The notes: a model not told the origin generated them from the sequence alone. A stretch of DNA of 64,000 nt from an uncultured Gemmatimonadales bacterium (GCA_963851265.1 CAWKNZ010000005.1:128001-192000), one strand, 5' to 3'; shown: positions 1 through 10,963, counted from the stretch's first letter. Translations and numbers: made by a program.

Positions 1-247
1 CGGCCACGTGCCACGGCTCGAACACCTGGACGTCCGCCATCACGCGGTCGGCAAATCCGATCGACGGCGCGAGGTGCGGCAACAGGTCGAGCGATGCCGT
101 GAGGGCCTCCGTTCGCTCGAGCTCGGCCCGGCACGCCGCGCACTCCCGCACGTGCGCGCGAAGCGGCGCCACGCCGAATCCGGATTCGAGACCGGATTCG
201 GCATCGACCAGCAGGTCGAATTCGTCGGGGAGGAGATGGCGGTTCAC
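1..247 (-). CDS. zf-HC2 (ZAS) anti-sigma factor, N-terminal part; runs off the window edge
   Basis: Translated by hand from GTG at 247: VNRHLLPDEFDLL...LRAHVRECAACRAELE...FADRVMA. HxxxCxxC motif; lies directly downstream of an ECF sigma gene. Absent from the ORF track. Confidence 0.85.
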   Translation of the reverse strand, partial: MNRHLLPDEFDLLVDAESGLESGFGVAPLRAHVRECAACRAELERTEALTASLDLLPHLAPSIGFADRVMADVQVFEPWHVA

Positions 248-269
248 GTCACGGGATGTCGTTCGGGCC

Positions 270-296
270 TACGCGGAGGGGCGCGGCGAGGTTTCA
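270..296 (-). promoter_or_regulatory. Putative ECF-type promoter TGAAAC-N17-CGTA upstream of the anti-sigma gene
   Basis: Minus strand reads TGAAAC (296-291), 17 nt, CGTA (273-270), matching the Bacillus SigW/SigM-type consensus; ends 22 nt before the GTG. Confidence 0.6.
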
Positions 297-327
297 GCAC
301 GGGACAAGCACGGGACAAGCACGGGAC
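296..327. repeat. 11-bp tandem repeat AGCACGGGACA, about 3 copies
   Basis: Copies start at 296, 307 and 318 (the third matches 10 of 11). Confidence 0.9.
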
Positions 328-386
328 GGAGCACCGGCGCCGCACGCGTGCCACGCGCGAAGGCGCCGGTACGCGCTCCGCGCCGC

Positions 387-998
387 CTAGGCGCGGGTAC
401 CTTCGAGGGCGCGTCGCAACTCGTGCCGCGCGCGGTGGATGTAGGTCTTGACCGTGCCGAGGGGAAGGTCGAGCGCGGAGGCGATCTCCTCGTACGACCG
501 CCCCTCGACGTGCCGAAGCATGATGCAGGCCCGGTAGAGCGGGCGCAGCCGGGCGACGGCCTGCTCGATCGCGGTGCCGAGCTCGCGCGCCTCGAGCTCG
601 TCGAGGGCCGACTCCTGGTCCGCCGCCAGCTCGAGCGACGACGCGGCCGACTCGGCCGCCGTGCGCGCGTGCGGCGAGCCGTCGATGCTCACCGTGTCGA
701 GCGTGCGCCGGCGCAGGTGATCGATCGCGACGTTGTTGGCGATCTTGAAGATCCAGCTCGAGAACTTGAACTCGGGGCTGTACTTGTCGATGTGGTTGAG
801 GATCTTGACGAACGTCTCCTGCGCGAGGTCCTCGCTCGTCTCGCGGTCGCGCACCATGCGGTAGATGAGCGAGAAGACCGGCCGCTCGTAGCGCCGCACG
901 AGCTCGCGGAACGCGCGCTCACGCCCTTCCTGCGCCAGCCGCACGACGTCGGCATCGGGCAGGTTGGTGAGGTCGAGAGAGGGCGGCGGCGGGGGCAT
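387..998 (-). CDS. ECF RNA polymerase sigma-70 factor (RpoE/SigW-like)
   Basis: AFRELVRRYERPVFSLIYRM, EDLAQETF, FSSWIFKIANN, and region 4 SYEEIA..LGTVKTYIHRAR. Start chosen at ATG 998. Confidence 0.93.
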   Translation of the reverse strand: MPPPPPSLDLTNLPDADVVRLAQEGRERAFRELVRRYERPVFSLIYRMVRDRETSEDLAQETFVKILNHIDKYSPEFKFSSWIFKIANNVAIDHLRRRTLDTVSIDGSPHARTAAESAASSLELAADQESALDELEARELGTAIEQAVARLRPLYRACIMLRHVEGRSYEEIASALDLPLGTVKTYIHRARHELRRALEGTRA

Positions 999-1092
999 GC
1001 GAGGAGGAGCGGCTGAGGCGAAGGCGCGCCGCGCCCGACCAAAGTAGCGGCGCCGCTGGCGACGATGCGCCCTCGCGGGCGAGCTTACGAGG

Positions 1093-1881
1093 ATGCCCTC
1101 ACCGCCGCCCCCTCCCGACGTCGCCGCGTCAGCCGCCGCCGGCGGGCGCGAGAAGCGCGCGTACGTGCAGCGCATCTTCTCCGAGATCGCGCCGCGCTAC
1201 GACCTGCTCAACCGCGTGCTCTCGCTCAACGTCGACCGCTGGTGGCGGCGCCGCGCCCTCGCCGCGCTGGCGTGGACGGAGCGCCCGGCGGGCGTCTACC
1301 TCGACCTCTGCGCGGGCACGCTGGACGTGGGCGCGCTGCTCGCCCGGCAGCGGGGGTTCCGCGGCCTCGTCGTCGGGGCCGACTTCGCCGAACCGATGCT
1401 GCGCGCGGGCGAGGGTAAGGCGCCGCGCGACGGTGCGCCCGCTCTCGCTCCCGTCGCCGCCGACGCCGTCGCGCTCCCCTTCGCCGACGGCGCGCTCGAC
1501 GGCGCGATCGTCGCCTTCGGGATCCGCAACGTCGCCGGACTCGACGCCGCGCTGGCCGAGGCGCGGCGGGTGCTGCGGCCGGGCGCGCGCTTCGTCATCC
1601 TCGAATTCACGACACCGCCCAACGCCCTCGTGCGCGCGGCCTACCACGCCTACTTCCACCGCGTGCTTCCCACGGTCGGCCGCCTCGTGAGCGGCCACCG
1701 CACGGCCTACCGCTATCTCCCCGAGTCGGTCGCGCACTTCCCGCCCGAGGCCGCGCTCGCCGACCGGATGCGCGCCGCGGGGTTCGACGCGGTGCGCTGG
1801 GAACGCCTCACGCTCGGCGTCGCCGCGATCCACGTCGGCACCGCCGGCCCGGCAACCGCGCCTGCGGCTCGCGCCGCGTGA
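1093..1881 (+). CDS. menG: Demethylmenaquinone/ubiquinone methyltransferase (UbiE/MenG)
   Basis: FSEIAPRYDLLNRVLS, LDLCAGTLD, AFGIRNV, AYRYLPESV. Confidence 0.9.
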   Translation: MPSPPPPPDVAASAAAGGREKRAYVQRIFSEIAPRYDLLNRVLSLNVDRWWRRRALAALAWTERPAGVYLDLCAGTLDVGALLARQRGFRGLVVGADFAEPMLRAGEGKAPRDGAPALAPVAADAVALPFADGALDGAIVAFGIRNVAGLDAALAEARRVLRPGARFVILEFTTPPNALVRAAYHAYFHRVLPTVGRLVSGHRTAYRYLPESVAHFPPEAALADRMRAAGFDAVRWERLTLGVAAIHVGTAGPATAPAARAA

Positions 1882-2414
1882 CCGGGTCTCGCGAGCGCCC
1901 CGGCGGCGCCTCGCCCGCGGGGGGGGCGGCCCACGTCGTCGGCCTCATCTCCGACACGCACGGACTGTTACGCCCGGCGGTGTTCGACGCGCTGGCCGGC
2001 GTGGAGTTGATTCTGCACGCCGGTGACGTCGGCGGCCCCGACCTTCTCGCCGAACTCGGGGCGATCGCGCCGGTGCGCGCGGTGTTCGGCAACACCGACC
2101 CGCCGGGTGTGGCGTGGCTGGCCGAGTCGCTCGACGTCACGGTCGGCGGTCTGCGCGTGCACGTGCAGCACGGCCACGAGCTGGGGCGGCCCAACCCCGA
2201 ACGGGTGCACGCGGCGTATCCGGACGCCGACGTGTGCGTGTACGGACACACCCACCGCCAGGTGGTGTGGCGGGCACCGGACGGGCGGCTCGTCGTGAAC
2301 CCGGGTGCGGCCGGGCACCGCCGCTTCGACCTCGTGCCGTGCGTCGCACGGCTGACGGTGCGCGACGGGCACGCGGAGGCCGCGCTGATCGAACTCGAGG
2401 CGGGTCGTCGTTAG
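1878..2414 (+). CDS. YfcE/MJ0936-family metallophosphoesterase
   Basis: ISDTHG, HAGD, GNTD, HGH, GHTH, NPG motifs. Confidence 0.9.
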   Translation: MTGSRERPGGASPAGGAAHVVGLISDTHGLLRPAVFDALAGVELILHAGDVGGPDLLAELGAIAPVRAVFGNTDPPGVAWLAESLDVTVGGLRVHVQHGHELGRPNPERVHAAYPDADVCVYGHTHRQVVWRAPDGRLVVNPGAAGHRRFDLVPCVARLTVRDGHAEAALIELEAGRR

Positions 2415-2445
2415 GCGTGCGGCGGTCGGCGCGGCGCGGCGCGTC

Positions 2446-2685
2446 TCACACCACTCGGAAGTGCGACGCCGGGTACAGGAAATCGTCGTCCGAGTCGTCG
2501 ATGATGCGGTAGAACGCGCCGTCGGCTTCCACCCCGATCCGCTGGTAGAACCGCCCGAGGGTGAGATCGTGACACCCGCCGGGTTCGTCCTCGCCGGGGA
2601 TGATGAGCCACGGCCGGATCGAGACGCACTGCACGAGGGTCGTGGGCTCCCACGCGGCATCAGGAGGTTGCCAGGTCGTTGCCAT
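2446..2685 (-). CDS. Small acidic hypothetical protein (79 aa)
   Basis: Protein-like composition, ending DLTLGRFYQRIGVEADGAFYRIIDDSDDDFLYPASHF; purine-rich stretch before ATG 2685. Confidence 0.65.
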   Translation of the reverse strand: MATTWQPPDAAWEPTTLVQCVSIRPWLIIPGEDEPGGCHDLTLGRFYQRIGVEADGAFYRIIDDSDDDFLYPASHFRVV

Positions 2686-2950
2686 CGCTCGCTCCGCTCG
2701 GGTTGAGGGTGAGCCTGGCGATTGCGCCGGGCCCAGCGGGCCGCGCCCGCGCCGGAAAGACGATGGGTCGCAGCGCGAAGGTACTGCAACGCCGAACACC
2801 ACGCAGTCATCCGGCCGCCGCTACCAAAGTGCAAGAGCACGGCCATCTTACCGGTGTACGGCGGGCGTCGCGTAACCGCCTCGTATCACGTGAGTTAATG
2901 CGCGATCCCGGGCTGCCGCACGCCGTCATGCATCGTCACGAACCGGGCTC

Positions 2951-4354
2951 TCACGCGGCCGCGTCGAATCCGGGGTCGTCGTCGGTGGGGGGCGCCGGTG
3001 CGGTCGCGTCGCCGCCGGTCGGGGAGGGGCCCGACGGATCGGCCGAGGCACCCGCGCCCCCGACCGAGGCCGGTCCGTCGGACGCCGCCTCCAGACGCGC
3101 TCGCCACCACGTCGGCTCGGCCGCGTGCGCCAGCAGGTGCCGCGGCAGCGCGGTCCGCCCGAGTTCGCCGTCGCGGTGTCGGAACCACGACGAGAGGAGA
3201 AGCAGCTCGTCGACCTCGTGGGTCGGGACCGCGCCGCCGCGCTCGCGCGGCGTGTAGATCCGCCGCGCGTCCTCCGCCAGCCGCTCGGCCGACGCCGCGT
3301 CGTGCGGCAGTGGGTGGTCGGCACGCACCCGCCCGCGGCGCACGAGGTACACGCGGGCGGCGGCTTCGGCGGGCTCCACCGGTCCCGCGCGGCGGCGCTG
3401 CGGCACGCGCCCGGGGTCGCCCGGCACCACGTAGGCGAACGACAGCGTCTCGACCGCGAATCGCAGACGGTCGAACTGCGCCTGCAGCATCTCGAGGCGC
3501 CGCACCTTGTCGCGCAGGTGCGCCGCGCGCTCGAACTCCAGCCGCTCCGCGCTCGCCTCCATGTCGGCCCGAAGCGCGGCGAGCGGCCCGTCGTTGGCGC
3601 CGTCGAGGAAGGCGCGCGCGAGCGCGACGCGCTCGCGGTACTGGTCGACCGTGCACGCGCCCACGCAGGGGCCGAGGCACTTCTTGATCTCGTGGCGGAT
3701 GCAGCGCGGCGCGCGCGTCGCGATCTGCACCAGATCGAGCGCCGCGCCCGAGAACAGCTCGTGCTGGTCGCCGAAGCGCATCGGCACGTCGTTGGCGCAG
3801 TCGCGCAGGCCTAACGCGTCGCTCAGCTCGCGCACGGCGTCGCCCACCTGGTCGGCGCCGCGGAACGGGCCGTAGTACACGCCGCCGTCCGCACTCCCCG
3901 TCGAGCCGCGCACCACCTGCAGTTTGGGCGCCGCGCCGCGCGTGAGCTTGATGAAGCTCCAGTGCCGCGCGTCGCGCTTCATGGCCACGTTGTAGCGGGG
4001 GCGCAGCCGCTTGATCAGCCGCAGCTCGAGCAGCAGCGCGGCGAACTCGCTCGGCGTGTACTCCCACTCGAGGTGGCAGGCGTCGCGGAGGATGCGCGCG
4101 CCCTTCTCGTCGGGGTACACGCAGCGGAAGTACGAGAGCAGCCGCGTGCGCACGTGCTTCGACTTGCCGACGTAGATCACCTCGCCGCTCTCGCCCAGCA
4201 TGCGATAGACGCCGGGTCGGTCGTGCGCCTCGGCCCGCACGTAGTCGCGCAGGGCGGGGAGGTGTGCGTCGGGCGCGGAGGCGAGCGCGGCCGCGACGAT
4301 CGCCGGCACCGGTGCGGGCTCGGCGCCCGGACCGAACTCCGAGAGCGCACTCAC
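2951..4354 (-). CDS. UvrC N-terminal-like (Cho-like) GIY-YIG nuclease with UVR domain
   Basis: PGVYRM..VIYVGKS..RLLSYF, LELRLIK..RPRYN, Cys cluster LRDC..C..KCLGPC, UVR motif LEFERAAHLRD; no C-terminal RNase H-like or HhH domains. Confidence 0.85.
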   Translation of the reverse strand: MSALSEFGPGAEPAPVPAIVAAALASAPDAHLPALRDYVRAEAHDRPGVYRMLGESGEVIYVGKSKHVRTRLLSYFRCVYPDEKGARILRDACHLEWEYTPSEFAALLLELRLIKRLRPRYNVAMKRDARHWSFIKLTRGAAPKLQVVRGSTGSADGGVYYGPFRGADQVGDAVRELSDALGLRDCANDVPMRFGDQHELFSGAALDLVQIATRAPRCIRHEIKKCLGPCVGACTVDQYRERVALARAFLDGANDGPLAALRADMEASAERLEFERAAHLRDKVRRLEMLQAQFDRLRFAVETLSFAYVVPGDPGRVPQRRRAGPVEPAEAAARVYLVRRGRVRADHPLPHDAASAERLAEDARRIYTPRERGGAVPTHEVDELLLLSSWFRHRDGELGRTALPRHLLAHAAEPTWWRARLEAASDGPASVGGAGASADPSGPSPTGGDATAPAPPTDDDPGFDAAA

Positions 4355-4364
4355 CGCGGCGTCC

Positions 4365-5237
4365 TCACGCGCCGCCGTCGGCGTCGGCGCCGGGCTGGCA
4401 GCGCGCGCAGAACACGGTCGTCCGCCCGTCGATCCCGTGCGTCTCGCCCAGCGCGTCGCCGCAGCGGAAGCACGGGCGGCCGCCGCGCCCGTACGTCTTG
4501 AGGTGCAGCACGTACGCACCGCGGCGGCCGCGCGGGCTCACGAAGTTCTCGAACGTCGTGCCGCCGTGGTGCACGCTCTCGTCGAGCGCGTCGACGACGG
4601 CGTCGCGCAGCGCCCGCACCTCGCCGTCGGTGAGCGAGGTGGCCGGGCGGGCGGGGTGGATGCGAGCCGCCCAGAGCGCCTCGTTCGCGTAGATGTTGCC
4701 CACCCCGGCGAGCCGCTGTTGGTCCATCAGGACGCGCTTGACCGGCTGCGCCGAGCGGCCGAGCGCGGCGCGGAGCGCCTCGGGGGTGAACGCAGGGTCG
4801 AGCGGCTCGGGACCGAGCCGCGCGACGTGGGCGTCGAACTCGGCGGGCGCGAGCAGCGCGACGGTGCCTAACGCGCGGATGTCGCGGTAGTGGAACGCGC
4901 GGCCGGCGGCCCCGTCCGCGTCGGCCAGGTGGAAGGTCACGCGCACGAAGCGCCGCTCGGACTCCGGGAACGGCTCGCCGAAGCCCTCCAGGAGCACGGT
5001 GCCCGTGAAGCGGGGCTGCACCGCGAGCCGGTCGCCGGTCGAGAGGTCCACGACGATGAGCTTCGCGCGCCGCCAGACGCGCGCGACGCGCGCGCCGCGG
5101 GTGCGCCGCGCGAGTTCGGCCGCGTCGACGCCGCGGAGGACCGAGGGGCGCGGGACGTCGACGCCCGTGAGCACCGCGCCGCGCAGGGCGGCGTCGAGGT
5201 CGCGGGCGATCGTCTCGGTCTCGGGGAGTTCGGGCAT
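4365..5237 (-). CDS. mutM: Formamidopyrimidine-DNA glycosylase
   Basis: N-terminal MPELPE, H2TH motif GVGNIYANE, zinc finger CFRC..CARCQ. Confidence 0.95.
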   Translation of the reverse strand: MPELPETETIARDLDAALRGAVLTGVDVPRPSVLRGVDAAELARRTRGARVARVWRRAKLIVVDLSTGDRLAVQPRFTGTVLLEGFGEPFPESERRFVRVTFHLADADGAAGRAFHYRDIRALGTVALLAPAEFDAHVARLGPEPLDPAFTPEALRAALGRSAQPVKRVLMDQQRLAGVGNIYANEALWAARIHPARPATSLTDGEVRALRDAVVDALDESVHHGGTTFENFVSPRGRRGAYVLHLKTYGRGGRPCFRCGDALGETHGIDGRTTVFCARCQPGADADGGA

Positions 5238-5307
5238 CGGGCGGGTGGGGCGGTCGGCGGGGGCGCGGGCAGTGACGGAAGGGCCGTTCGGGATGACCCC
5301 CCGATCG

Positions 5308-6699
<1,392 letters not shown>

Positions 6700-6704
6700 G
6701 CGCG

Positions 6705-7727
6705 TCAGCCCCGCGGCGGGCCGCGGAACGCGTCGCCCACCGCGCCCGCGAACGCGTCGGCCGCGCGCCCCACCGCGTCGCGCACCGTCGCCGTCGCCTG
6801 CCACACCTGGTCGCCGTAGTAGCCGGCCGCGTCCGCGACGTCGTCGCCTAACGGACGCGGCGCGTCCGCGCGGCGCGGGTAGTCGCCGGCGAGGACGCGC
6901 GCGTAGGCGCCGCCTTCGACCCAGCGCCGGAGCTCGCCCACGCGCACGGTGTGGAACGGGTGGTCCTGCTGCGCCGCGGCGAGCACCTGCAGCACGCGGT
7001 CCCACGCCGAGTCGGTGGTCTCGTACTCGGCGGCCTGCGCGAGGAAGGCGTCGAGGTCGAGCGCGTCGCCCGGCGTGCCGCGGCGCGTGCCGCCGGCGAG
7101 CTTGAGGAACGCGCGGTACGCCACGCGCGGCTCCTGCACGCCCAACACGCCGGCGCGGTCGCACGAGAGCTCGGCCTTGCGGTACCACTCCAGCAGCGCG
7201 AGCCGGAACGGCAGGAGCGCGAGCCCCGCGAAGGCGGGCAGGCTGTTGAGGCCCAGCGTGAGCAGGATGATCGCGATCGTGTTGTAGGTGACGTGCCCGC
7301 TCGCGATGTGGCCGATCTCGTGGGCCAGGAGAAAACGCTGCTCCTCCGGCTCCAGCAGCTCGACCGATGCGGTGTTGAGCACGATGAACGGGTCGGCGAA
7401 CCCGACCGCGCCGGCGTTCACGAACGGGGTCTGCGTCACGTAGAGCTCGGGCACGCGCCCCGACGCGCCCGGCGCGGGGTTCACGCCCGGCCAGTCGAGG
7501 GCGTGGAGCATCTCCTGGTAGCCGGCCCAGAGTGTGGGGTACTGCGTGGGCCCCACGCGCACGGCGTTGGCGAGGAAGAGCTGCCGGATGCCGCGCTCGC
7601 CGAAGAAGCCCGCCACGCGGCGCACCACCGCATCGAAGCCGGGGAGGGCGCGCAGCGCGTTGAGGGCGGCGCGGTCGGCGGGGTGCTCCCACGCGGTGCT
7701 GCTGATGTCGGCGAGGCGGATCGGCAC
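6705..7727 (-). CDS. M48-family (HtpX/Ste24-like) zinc metallopeptidase
   Basis: WEHPADRAAL, NAGAVG, HEIGH, AELSCDRAG, HPFHTVR. Confidence 0.88.
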   Translation of the reverse strand: MPIRLADISSTAWEHPADRAALNALRALPGFDAVVRRVAGFFGERGIRQLFLANAVRVGPTQYPTLWAGYQEMLHALDWPGVNPAPGASGRVPELYVTQTPFVNAGAVGFADPFIVLNTASVELLEPEEQRFLLAHEIGHIASGHVTYNTIAIILLTLGLNSLPAFAGLALLPFRLALLEWYRKAELSCDRAGVLGVQEPRVAYRAFLKLAGGTRRGTPGDALDLDAFLAQAAEYETTDSAWDRVLQVLAAAQQDHPFHTVRVGELRRWVEGGAYARVLAGDYPRRADAPRPLGDDVADAAGYYGDQVWQATATVRDAVGRAADAFAGAVGDAFRGPPRG

Positions 7728-7774
7728 GTCGGGGTCCGGGCGGGGGTGGGGGCGGCGTCGGGCGGCGCTTCGGC

Positions 7775-8959
7775 TTACAGGCCCGCGAAGGCCTGGTCCA
7801 GATCCTCGATCAGGTCCTCGGTCTCTTCGACCCCGCACGAGAGCCGGACGAGCCCCTCGCCGAGTCCGATCGAGCCGCGGCGTTCCGCCTCGACGCTCGC
7901 GTGCGTCATCGCCGCCGGGTGGGAGATCAGCGACTCGACGCCGCCTAACGACTCGGCGAGCGCGAAGACGCGCGTGCGGCCGAGCACGTGCGCGGCGCGC
8001 TCGCGCGTGCCGAGGTCGACGGCGATCATCCCGCCGAAGCCGGTCATCTGGCGCACGGCGAGCGCGTGCTGCGGGTGCGACGCGAGCCCCGGGTAGAGCA
8101 CGCACTCCGCGCCCACGCGCTCGGCGAGCCACGCGGCCACCGCGCGGCCGTTCACGTCGTGCTGGCGCATGCGCAGGTGCAGCGTCTTGGTGCCGCGGAG
8201 CACGAGCCACGCGTCGAACGGCCCGGGCACGGCGCCGGCGGCGTTGAGGATGAACTGCAGGCGGGTGCCGAGGTCGTCGTCGTCGAGCACCGCGACGCCG
8301 CCGACGAGGTCGGAGTGGCCGTTGAGGTACTTGGTCGACGAGTGCCAGACGATGTCGGCGCCCATCTCGAGCGGCCGCTGGAAGTAGGGCGTCGCGAACG
8401 TGTTGTCGACGACGAGCAGCGCGCGCCCGTCGCGCCCGCCCGCGTGCGCGACCTCCGCCGCGGCCCGGAGGTCGGTGAGGCGCATGAGCGGGTTGGTGGG
8501 CGTCTCGACGTGCACCATGCGCGTCTCGGGGCGCATCGCGTCGGCGATGCGCTGCGGGTCGCGGGTGTCGACGTACGTGAAGCTGATCCCGAGGTGCTGC
8601 AGGAGCTTGTCGAAGAGGCGGAAGGTGCCGCCGTAGACGTTCTCGCCGCACACGACGTGGTCGCCGGCGCGGCAGAGCTTCATGATCGAGTCGAGGCAGC
8701 CCATGCCGCTCGAGAAGGCGAAGCCGTAACGCGCGCCTTCGAGCGCGGCGACGTTGCGCTCGAGCGCCTCGCGCGTGGGGTTCTTGCCGCGGGCGTACTC
8801 GTAGCCCTTGTGCTGGCCGAGCGCGTCCTGGACGTAGGTGGAGGTCTGGTAGATCGGCGTCATGATCGCGCCGGTCGTCGGGTCGGGCTGCTGGCCGGCG
8901 TGGATCGCGCGGGTGCCGAAGCCGGCGGCCGCGAACGGGTCGTCCTGGATGCGCGTCAT
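7775..8959 (-). CDS. metB: Cystathionine gamma-synthase/gamma-lyase (PLP transsulfuration family)
   Basis: PIYQTSTY, YARGKNPTR, ETPTNP, VDNTFATP, SSTKYLNGHSD, AESLGGVESL; exact specificity uncertain. Confidence 0.85.
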   Translation of the reverse strand: MTRIQDDPFAAAGFGTRAIHAGQQPDPTTGAIMTPIYQTSTYVQDALGQHKGYEYARGKNPTREALERNVAALEGARYGFAFSSGMGCLDSIMKLCRAGDHVVCGENVYGGTFRLFDKLLQHLGISFTYVDTRDPQRIADAMRPETRMVHVETPTNPLMRLTDLRAAAEVAHAGGRDGRALLVVDNTFATPYFQRPLEMGADIVWHSSTKYLNGHSDLVGGVAVLDDDDLGTRLQFILNAAGAVPGPFDAWLVLRGTKTLHLRMRQHDVNGRAVAAWLAERVGAECVLYPGLASHPQHALAVRQMTGFGGMIAVDLGTRERAAHVLGRTRVFALAESLGGVESLISHPAAMTHASVEAERRGSIGLGEGLVRLSCGVEETEDLIEDLDQAFAGL

Positions 8960-9021
8960 CCGGGCAAGATAGCCGGCGCCGGCGCTGGTTTCGGGGGGCG
9001 CAACATTCGACATTACGGGCG

Positions 9022-10116
9022 ATGGCCGCCCTCGCGCTCGCCCCCGCGCCTCCGCCGTCCGCCCCGCTGGCCGCGGTGCCGACGCTGCTCGCCCCCGACG
9101 AGCCCGCCCGCGTGCTCGTCGTCGACGACGAGCCGCGGCTGCGGCAGCTCGTCGTGCGCATCATGACGCGCGACGGGTTCGAGTGCCGCGACGCGGCCGA
9201 CGGCGCGGCGGCGCTGGAGGTGATGGCCGAGTGGCCGGCGCCGCTCGTGTTGAGCGACCTGCGCATGCCGGGCGTGGGCGGCGTCGACCTGCTGCGCGCC
9301 ATCCGCGAGCGCCACCCGGGCACGGCCGTCGTGATCATCACCGCGGTCGCCGACGTCGAGGTCGCGGTGCAGTGCCTCGCGATGGGGGCGATGGACTACC
9401 TCACGAAGCCGTTCCACCTGGAGGAGGTGCGCGCCCGCGTGCGGCAGGCGCTCGAACGGCGGCGGCTGCTGGTGGACAACCAGGCGTATCAGCGGGCGCT
9501 CGAGGTGCGGGTGGACGAACAGGCGCGCCGCATCGAGGCGCTATCGCTCGCGAGCATGCAGGCGCTGGCCGACGCGCTCGAGGTGAAGGACCCGTACACG
9601 CGCGGCCACTCGCTGCGTGTGGGGCGCTACGCGGCCGCGATCGGCCGCGCCATGGACGCCGGCGACGCGGTGATCGCCCAGCTCGAGCTCGGCGGTCACC
9701 TGCACGACCTCGGCAAGATCGGCGTCCGCGAGGAGGTGCTGAACAAGCCGGGCGCGCTCACCGACGCGGAGTACGCGCACATCATGACGCACCCCGTAAT
9801 CGGGTGGCGGCTGCTCAAGCCGCTCATGGACGACCGCCCGGCGGCGCTCGCCGTCGTCCGCTCGCACCACGAGCGGTGGGACGGGCAGGGCGGCCCCGAC
9901 GGTCTGGCCGGCCCCGCCATTCCCTACGAGGCGCGCGTGGCGACCGTGGCCGACTCGTTCGACGCGATGACGAGCCACCGCCCGTACCGCCGCGGGCTCA
10001 CCACCGAGGCGGCGGTCGCCGAGCTGCAGCGCTGCAGCGGCGCCCAGTACGACCCCGAGGTGGTGGCGGCGTTCGTCGACGCGGTGACCGCGGGCGACAT
10101 CGTGGTCGACCCGTGA
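9022..10116 (+). CDS. Response regulator with HD-GYP phosphodiesterase domain (RpfG-like)
   Basis: REC domain (VVDDE, SDLRMPG, DYLTKP) plus YTRGHS, LHDLGKIG, HHERWDG, FDAMTSHRPYR. Confidence 0.92.
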   Translation: MAALALAPAPPPSAPLAAVPTLLAPDEPARVLVVDDEPRLRQLVVRIMTRDGFECRDAADGAAALEVMAEWPAPLVLSDLRMPGVGGVDLLRAIRERHPGTAVVIITAVADVEVAVQCLAMGAMDYLTKPFHLEEVRARVRQALERRRLLVDNQAYQRALEVRVDEQARRIEALSLASMQALADALEVKDPYTRGHSLRVGRYAAAIGRAMDAGDAVIAQLELGGHLHDLGKIGVREEVLNKPGALTDAEYAHIMTHPVIGWRLLKPLMDDRPAALAVVRSHHERWDGQGGPDGLAGPAIPYEARVATVADSFDAMTSHRPYRRGLTTEAAVAELQRCSGAQYDPEVVAAFVDAVTAGDIVVDP

Positions 10117-10940
10117 GGGCGCCGGCCGACGGGGCGACCGAGGCCGGGACGACCGACGGCGCGAGGCGGCGCGCCCGCCGCGTGGCCGCGGCGGGCGCGC
10201 TCGCGGCGGTCGCGACGACGGGTGTCGCCTACGGCTGCGCGGGGCACATCGCGGGGCTGAACCCGGATCCCCGCGTGCTGAGCACCGACACCGCGTTCAC
10301 GAGCGGGGGCGCGCGCATCGCGGTCGAGCGGGTGGCCATCCCGGGCCCGGGGCGCCACCCCGCGGTGCTCGTCCTGCACCCCTCCGACGGCGTCGCGGGC
10401 AGCGGCGCGCAGTACGTGCGCCGCTACGCGCAGGTGCTCGCGAGCAACGGCTACGTCGCCTACGTCGTGCACTACTTCGACCGCACGGGCGACACGCGCA
10501 CCGACGACGCGCGCGAGGACGCCGAATTCCCCGTCTGGACGGCGACCCTCGAAGACGCGGTCACGTTCGCGCAGCACGACCCCGCCGTGAACCCGGCCCG
10601 CATCGGGGCGTTCGGCTACTCGCTCGGCGCGTGGATGGCGGTCGCGTTAGGCGCGGAGGACCGGCGGGTGGGCGCGATCGTCGGGATCGGCACGGGGATG
10701 TTCGACGCGCTCCGGCCGACGATCAAGCGCCTGCCGCCGACGCTGCTGCTGCACGGCCGGGACGACGACGTGGTACCGCTCGCGAAGGCGCTCGCGGTGG
10801 ACAGCACGCTCCGGCGGCTGGGGGTGGTGCACGGGTTGGTGGTCTACCCCGGGGAGAAGCACGGATTCGACGACCGGGTCGACCCCGCGGCGCGGGAGCG
10901 GACGGTGCGGTTCTTCAACCGCGAGTTACGCAGGCGGTAG
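10113..10940 (+). CDS. Dienelactone hydrolase-like alpha/beta hydrolase, probably exported
   Basis: GYSLG nucleophile, HGRDDDVVP, HGF; hydrophobic N-terminal stretch ending in YGC. Start uncertain. Confidence 0.8.
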   Translation: MRAPADGATEAGTTDGARRRARRVAAAGALAAVATTGVAYGCAGHIAGLNPDPRVLSTDTAFTSGGARIAVERVAIPGPGRHPAVLVLHPSDGVAGSGAQYVRRYAQVLASNGYVAYVVHYFDRTGDTRTDDAREDAEFPVWTATLEDAVTFAQHDPAVNPARIGAFGYSLGAWMAVALGAEDRRVGAIVGIGTGMFDALRPTIKRLPPTLLLHGRDDDVVPLAKALAVDSTLRRLGVVHGLVVYPGEKHGFDDRVDPAARERTVRFFNRELRRR

Positions 10941-10963
10941 CGGCGGGGCTGCCTGCGGGACGG

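Noticed and set aside
296..327. CRISPR array
   Set aside because: Only 11-bp tandem units without spacers; no cas genes in the window.
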